Source: Candidatus Bathyarchaeota archaeon (lineage in GTDB: Archaea; Thermoproteota; Bathyarchaeia; Bathyarchaeales; Bathycorpusculaceae). Taken from it: a stretch of 64,000 nucleotides of DNA. The translations under genes were made by a program, and so were the position numbers. The first letter of the stretch is position 1. Each line of letters starts with the position of its first letter. The DNA is taken from contig CAVZJV010000005.1 in NCBI GenBank assembly GCA_963775685.1, positions 37,022-101,021 on the forward strand, given 5' to 3'. This document shows positions 59,828 to 64,000 of the stretch, piece after piece. The notes beneath the pieces were generated by a model. It was not told where the DNA came from. It did no database searches and worked only from the letters and a program-made list of their open reading frames with translations.

Positions 59828-60544
59828 CTATTTCTTGGCTTTTCTCCTTTTGATAAATACAATTGACAATAATGATGCAACTACGAGTATTGGCAGAATT
59901 AACCACGATGGAAACTCTGGAACTGTAGGTGTAGGAGTTGGGTTCTGGGAAGAATAAGGCGTAGCTGTCGGGTCTTGTGTTGGTGTTGCTGTCGGAGTTG
60001 CTGTAGGTGTTGGGGCAACTGTTGATGTTGGACTTGGACTTGGAGTGGTGTTATCCACGGAAGGTGACACATAAAGCACCCAATCATCAACGTTGGTAGT
60101 GAGGAAATAAATCTTGTAGCCTTGGCTACCTATCTGTGAATTCTTTAGACTGTAAGGATAAGGGTTGATTAAATCAATGCCAGTTGTGCCTGCGTTGGCG
60201 TAGCCATCATTGCCGCTGTCGCCTACCATAACATTGGTAGCTACATCATAAATACTGTATTTTACCCATGTATATTCATAGTAACCGCTGGTGTAGTTGC
60301 AGTCCCATTGCATCCACCACATACCATTAGGGTTGGTCGCCGTCTTAGGTATGAAAACTGTAGGCACAGCATAATCTGTATTTTTGAAAGTATAGGTCGG
60401 CGAGGTCAGCGGGGAATCGGGTTGTGGATTTATCCATGGAAGAAGAGGAAAAGCATCTGCAGGTGCAATCATACAAACCGCAAAAAAGACTAATACGACA
60501 GTTACCAAACTACAAATAACCAATACTTTGTTTGCTAAACGCAT
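59828..60544 (-). CDS. secreted protein with a PT-rich linker and a PEF-CTERM-like sorting signal
   Basis: N-terminal signal/anchor (MRLANKVLVICSLVTVVLVFFAVCMIAPADA), an aromatic-rich beta body, then TPSPSPTSTVAPTPTATPTATPTQDPTATP...PTPTVPEFPSWLILPILVVASLLSIVFIKRRKAKK. Confidence 0.7.
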   Translation of the reverse strand: MRLANKVLVICSLVTVVLVFFAVCMIAPADAFPLLPWINPQPDSPLTSPTYTFKNTDYAVPTVFIPKTATNPNGMWWMQWDCNYTSGYYEYTWVKYSIYDVATNVMVGDSGNDGYANAGTTGIDLINPYPYSLKNSQIGSQGYKIYFLTTNVDDWVLYVSPSVDNTTPSPSPTSTVAPTPTATPTATPTQDPTATPYSSQNPTPTPTVPEFPSWLILPILVVASLLSIVFIKRRKAKK

Positions 60545-60827
60545 AACTACCGCTTCTCCCCAGTTGTAGTGTTATGTTTTTAGCTATTAATAATTTTAGT
60601 AATAGTACTCACAATATACTCTACGATTCATTCTCAAATAGTACTATGAACTTACCGAAAGAAATGAAGGAAACTTTAGGCATAACTGAGATAAAAGGCA
60701 AAATATTGTTTATCTTAGAAGGCTCTCAAGTCATAGTGCAAAAAGCCTATTTTTATCTGTCAATTTTGACCATTAAAAAATGACAGAGAGATATCGGTTT
60801 TCTCCATAAAAAAATATATATATGCAC

Positions 60828-61385
60828 TTATCCAGCGTACAATTCCCTTAACCTTTTGCTCTCTTCACACTTAACAATCTTGGAATATTCAACAATAAAC
60901 TCTCTAATTTCACTATAATTAAGAGAGGTTACACGTTCCTTATTGTTAATATCACTATTATGAGTAGTAGTATATTGAGAGGTTAATAGTAATTGTATTA
61001 ATTGTTCTAATTGTGAAAAACCGCAAATTTGAATTTTGTCGGCTTGAGCAAGGTCTATAACGCTGTTATAGTTTTGTGGTCTATTGGTTAATAATACGTG
61101 GATGTGAAATTTATCGGCTATGTGGCAATCTTGGAATCTGGGTTTAACGCTGTCTAAATACCATTGCGTTCTTATGGGATAATCTGCTTCGCAATGTTTG
61201 TTTTCCACGTAAATTTTATATGAGCCAACAGTAAAAATAAAATCTACTCCGACCCCTCTTTCCCTTTTCCATAGGTGTGGAATCCAAGAATTGTGATAAG
61301 TTAAATATTTGCTTAGTTTTTTGGCTTGAGTTTTTTTGAAAATAGAGTACTCTTGGTTTATGCCTATCGTGTCGAATTTGCTCAA
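60828..61385 (-). CDS. PD-(D/E)xK nuclease-like protein
   Basis: GVGVDFIFTVGSYKIYVENKHCE gives a D...E-x-K arrangement (61197-61244) on predicted beta strands. There is no further support. Confidence 0.4.
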   Translation of the reverse strand: MSKFDTIGINQEYSIFKKTQAKKLSKYLTYHNSWIPHLWKRERGVGVDFIFTVGSYKIYVENKHCEADYPIRTQWYLDSVKPRFQDCHIADKFHIHVLLTNRPQNYNSVIDLAQADKIQICGFSQLEQLIQLLLTSQYTTTHNSDINNKERVTSLNYSEIREFIVEYSKIVKCEESKRLRELYAG

Positions 61386-61538
61386 GTATTGGCTTGTTAT
61401 CGTTTTTTAGCACTCTCCCTTTTTAGGGTGTCACACTACTATATAAACTTTACGTTTGTAAATGTTTTGGTTGTCATATGTAAAGGTTCAGCATCCATCC
61501 ACTTTTTAATCAAGTGATTAAAAAACGAACCCTAAAAG

Positions 61539-61557
61539 CCTTTACATATGTAAAAGG
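61539..61557. promoter_or_regulatory. near-perfect palindrome CCTTTACATATGTAAAAGG (operator candidate) in the divergent intergenic region
   Basis: Seen directly. A partial second copy, CATATGTAAAGGTT, lies at 61475-61488. Confidence 0.4.
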
Positions 61558-61581
61558 TTTAGTTTACATAAAACCATAACA

Positions 61582-61613
61582 TTTATATATTAGTGTATGC
61601 ATTATAGTGCATA
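61582..61613 (+). promoter_or_regulatory. archaeal TATA box (TTTATATA, 61582-61589) followed by the inverted repeat TATGCA-N6-TGCATA (61596-61613) upstream of the RHH gene
   Basis: The TATA box lies about 37-44 nt upstream of ATG 61626. The palindrome covers the expected transcription start, and a GAGG lies at 61613-61616. Confidence 0.45.
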
Positions 61614-61625
61614 GAGGTTTACACT

Positions 61626-61970
61626 ATGTCAAGTAAAACTAATCAAACAGTTTATGTTCGTAAAGGCTCTCAAGCAGTTTTGAAACAATTAAGTGAAAAG
61701 ACCCGATTAAGTCAGAGTGAAATTTTGGCTAATTGGCTCTCTGCTATAGAGGTAGTTATGAACCGTTTTTCAGACTTGTCATATGACCGTTTAAGTTTTG
61801 CTTCATATCCGACAGAGAGAAAAGAAGTCAAAACGCTGTTAGCACCTATAATTAGTGGTGAAGTTCAATTCCAGCTTGATAACACAAGCGAATCTGTAAA
61901 TGAGGCGAGAGCAGACCACGCAGTGACTAAAGACCTTGAAAGAATAGCTCAAAAGGCAAAGGTGAACTAA
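61626..61970 (+). CDS. ribbon-helix-helix (CopG/Arc-like) DNA-binding protein
   Basis: The N-terminus TVYVRKGSQAVLKQLSEKTRLSQSEILANWL fits a strand-helix-helix pattern. It is the first gene of the plus-strand operon, downstream of the palindromes. Confidence 0.5.
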   Translation: MSSKTNQTVYVRKGSQAVLKQLSEKTRLSQSEILANWLSAIEVVMNRFSDLSYDRLSFASYPTERKEVKTLLAPIISGEVQFQLDNTSESVNEARADHAVTKDLERIAQKAKVN

Positions 61971-61971
61971 A

Positions 61972-62646
61972 ATGACCCCTGAAGAAATTGCAGAACAATG
62001 GAAAAAAGAAGGCGAAGCACGAATTAACGGTCAACAGCGAACCGAAGTTATAAAAATTAACGTTGATAATCAAGCCATTACCGATACAATCAACGAAAAC
62101 AAGAAACTTAAAGCAGAAATTGAAGAGGGAAAGGATGCAACAGACTTATTTACTGAATTAAAAGAAAAAGCAAGCGTAGAATTAACGTCTCTCGGTGTGA
62201 ATACTGAGGTCTCAGATTTAAAGAGCAAAAACGATTTAGATAGAGCAATAACGACAATTCAGAAATTAAAGGCTGGAAAAGGCTCAAATTCTAATTATCC
62301 AAGCATCCCAAGTGGAACAGTGCCGTTATCAAGCCAAACGCCTGCTAAAAAGTCTGGATATTCAAACGTTGAACAAATGGTGGATGACGCAAACCAGAAC
62401 AAGGAAATAAGAAACGCATTGCTCTCTAAATGCTTAAAAGGCGTAAAAGAAGGGCATTTAATTCTCAAAAGCTATGAGTTGCCACTACCAGAAACTCAAA
62501 CCTCAGATTTAATTGAGAATGGGAAATTATCAAAAAAACCTGACGTTCTCGGAATTCAACATATGCACCGAACTAAGAAACTAAGGGAACGTGCTGAAAA
62601 AGGCGACTCTCAAGCAATTGACCTTTTGAACAGTGGAAATTATTAA
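61972..62646 (+). CDS. hypothetical K/E-rich protein
   Basis: It starts 1 nt after the previous stop and is coiled-coil-like. No motif recognised. Confidence 0.5.
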   Translation: MTPEEIAEQWKKEGEARINGQQRTEVIKINVDNQAITDTINENKKLKAEIEEGKDATDLFTELKEKASVELTSLGVNTEVSDLKSKNDLDRAITTIQKLKAGKGSNSNYPSIPSGTVPLSSQTPAKKSGYSNVEQMVDDANQNKEIRNALLSKCLKGVKEGHLILKSYELPLPETQTSDLIENGKLSKKPDVLGIQHMHRTKKLRERAEKGDSQAIDLLNSGNY

Positions 62647-62658
62647 AAGGTGTTATGT

Positions 62659-63141
62659 ATGGGTAAAAGACAAAAAATAGCATTTAACGAAAATAGCGAA
62701 GTGGTTTTTCTAACCATTGACACAAACACAAACGAAACCATTGAGACGAAAACCCCTTTAGAAATGGGTCTCTGGAAAAGCAGAGAATTCTATTACATTT
62801 TTAAGAGATGTGCCTTAAATCCAGTTTCACTTCAAAACATAGAAGGATTTTTCATTCAAAAAGTGCTTTTTCGTTGTCCTAATAAAGACGGTCTCGAATT
62901 CCATTACTTTTACTTCGAAAAAGGGTTTAGTTTGCCTTGTTGTAGAATCTTAGACCCACGGTTAAACAATTTGTGCGGTTTAACTTTCCAAGTTTCGACA
63001 AATGACCCAACATTCACTAAAAATATAGGTAAACCTAAACGTTTGTCTAATACAATCGTTAAAAAAGCGATAATTGACAAAAAATATAATGGCATTGATG
63101 TTTTAGGATGCTATAGTGAAGACGGCTCGGAGAGGGTTTAA
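62659..63141 (+). CDS. hypothetical protein
   Basis: The ORF runs from GTG 62650, and the ATG at 62659 (MGKRQKIAF) is the likelier start. No motif recognised. Confidence 0.45.
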   Translation: MGKRQKIAFNENSEVVFLTIDTNTNETIETKTPLEMGLWKSREFYYIFKRCALNPVSLQNIEGFFIQKVLFRCPNKDGLEFHYFYFEKGFSLPCCRILDPRLNNLCGLTFQVSTNDPTFTKNIGKPKRLSNTIVKKAIIDKKYNGIDVLGCYSEDGSERV

Positions 63142-63250
63142 AGTGACTGTGTTTAGCTGTGTCTCTTTGGTTTCTTTGAGTCATATCGGGTTTCACCTAT
63201 TTCACTACACGGCTAAGCACTTCACAATTTAAAATTAAGGTGATTAGTCT

Positions 63251-63619
63251 ATGCCTTTAAAAAATTGCAAAAAGTGCGGAAAGCCATTTCGGGCTAATAC
63301 TGGTCAAACGCATTGCCATAATCCTTGTTACCCAGAGAGTGAAAAAACTTTCAATCATTGCAGTGAGTGCGGTAGAAAACTAATTAATGGTTTTTGGTCT
63401 CGAAAACCTGAAAGTGAAAGGATATGCAGTTTTTGCGATGACCGACATAAAAAATTAAGGGTAACTCAAAAAGAAGACGCACGGAAAAAAACGCTTAGAA
63501 AATGCTCAGAATGTGGTGAATATTCGTATTTAGTGCTTAAAGAATCGCTTTGCCGTGCTTGTTTCAGAAAAAAAGAGAATCCCAGAATTATATCAATAAA
63601 AGAGGTTAAAAATTTATGA
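63251..63619 (+). CDS. multi-zinc-ribbon protein (four CxxC pairs)
   Basis: CKKCGKPF, CSECGRKL, CSFCDD, CSECGEY...CRAC. Confidence 0.55.
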   Translation: MPLKNCKKCGKPFRANTGQTHCHNPCYPESEKTFNHCSECGRKLINGFWSRKPESERICSFCDDRHKKLRVTQKEDARKKTLRKCSECGEYSYLVLKESLCRACFRKKENPRIISIKEVKNL

Positions 63620-63741
63620 GTGAAATTCAAAAAGAAAAATGCGTTTGTGGTTACTCTGAGACCACTTTAAAACTAACTGAATGCACTCAATTAGAAGTTT
63701 GCAGTTATTGCGGCTCTATTAGAAGGAAATTTCAGTTTTGA
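63616..63741 (+). CDS. 41-aa Cys-rich mini-protein
   Basis: MSEIQKEKCVCGYSETTLKLTECTQLEVCSYCGSIRRKFQF. ATGA overlap with the upstream gene. Confidence 0.35.
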   Translation: MSEIQKEKCVCGYSETTLKLTECTQLEVCSYCGSIRRKFQF

Positions 63742-63752
63742 GAGTGGTAAAT

Positions 63753-63902
63753 ATGGAAGACATAAACAATTTAGAACCTAAAAAACAGAAAAAAGCTAAA
63801 ACGTTTGAAGAGTGGGAAGCATCTCACAACTTTAAAGACGTTGACCCCAAATTAGTTTCTAAGGCAATTTTAGCTGAATATGATAATCGAGAGCAGTCTT
63901 GA
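63753..63902 (+). CDS. 49-aa hypothetical protein
   Basis: MEDINNLEPKKQKKAKTFEEWEASHNFKDVDPKLVSKAILAEYDNREQS, in operon context only. Confidence 0.3.
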   Translation: MEDINNLEPKKQKKAKTFEEWEASHNFKDVDPKLVSKAILAEYDNREQS

Positions 63903-64000
63903 AAAATTTCACGTATATTTTGACGTAGGGCTTTATAAGTGACTGTTAAGAGTCAAGATATTTAGTGGTTGACTAATCGCCTCAAGGTTTCTGTAAAACT

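Larger units (their letters stand above)
56820..64000. mobile_element. putative integrated virus/plasmid-like or defence-island segment (right end beyond the window; left end approximate)
   Basis: By eye the DNA becomes AT-richer. The genes are short, tightly packed ORFans, many of them Cys4 zinc ribbons, plus a P-loop ATPase, an RHH regulator, a nuclease-like protein and an HEPN-motif protein, arranged as divergent operons around 61386-61625. No integrase or att site is seen inside the window. Confidence 0.45.

Noticed and set aside
1-64000. CRISPR arrays, rRNA genes or IS elements with terminal inverted repeats
   Set aside because: I scanned the intergenic regions by eye. There are no regularly spaced direct repeats, no rRNA-like conserved blocks and no transposase-like ORF.

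Overview
The window looks like chromosomal DNA from an uncultured, moderately AT-rich archaeon. Evidence for this: archaeal two-subunit PheRS, methenyl-H4MPT cyclohydrolase, geranylgeranyl reductase, a TRAM-only protein, TATA-type promoters and C-terminally anchored surface proteins. Lineage cannot be fixed by eye; a Bathyarchaeia- or Asgard-like H4MPT user is plausible.

Layout:
- 1-15.7 kb: cell-envelope glycosylation island with 3 GT2 genes, 2 GT4 genes, a 1171-aa GT-C-like membrane protein fused to a lectin-fold domain, and secreted/anchored surface proteins including a LamG protein.
- 16-22.8 kb: membrane and secreted proteins, Mpg DNA glycosylase, M50 site-2 protease.
- 22.9-26.8 kb: sulfur and Fe-S cluster (TusA-like, cysteine desulfurase, IscU, TRASH-like mini-protein, DsrE-like) plus a flavodiiron protein.
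- 27.0-33.2 kb: minus-strand cluster of geranylgeranyl reductase and prenyl diphosphate synthase, followed by a tightly coupled five-gene module of unknown function. This is my top candidate for an undescribed system.
- 33.6-41.2 kb: zinc-ribbon proteins, MMPL transporter, TRAM, old-yellow-enzyme reductase, SDR, DUF1697.
- 41.3-46.5 kb: three paralogous nucleotidyltransferase+OB-like genes next to a CitG-like gene and mch.
- 46.5-56.8 kb: membrane protein, coiled-coil protein, pheS/pheT, a decayed vapBC pair, an ABC-2 exporter, a PNPOx-like protein.
- 56.8-64.0 kb (runs off the window): an AT-richer accessory or mobile region. It carries a P-loop ATPase, an HEPN-motif protein, a PD-(D/E)xK-like nuclease, an RHH regulator with operator-like palindromes, and many tiny Cys-rich ORFs.

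I found no rRNA, tRNA or CRISPR array by eye. At least seven genes have broken reading frames, two of them at homopolymer runs, so assembly indels are likely and gene boundaries should be treated with caution.
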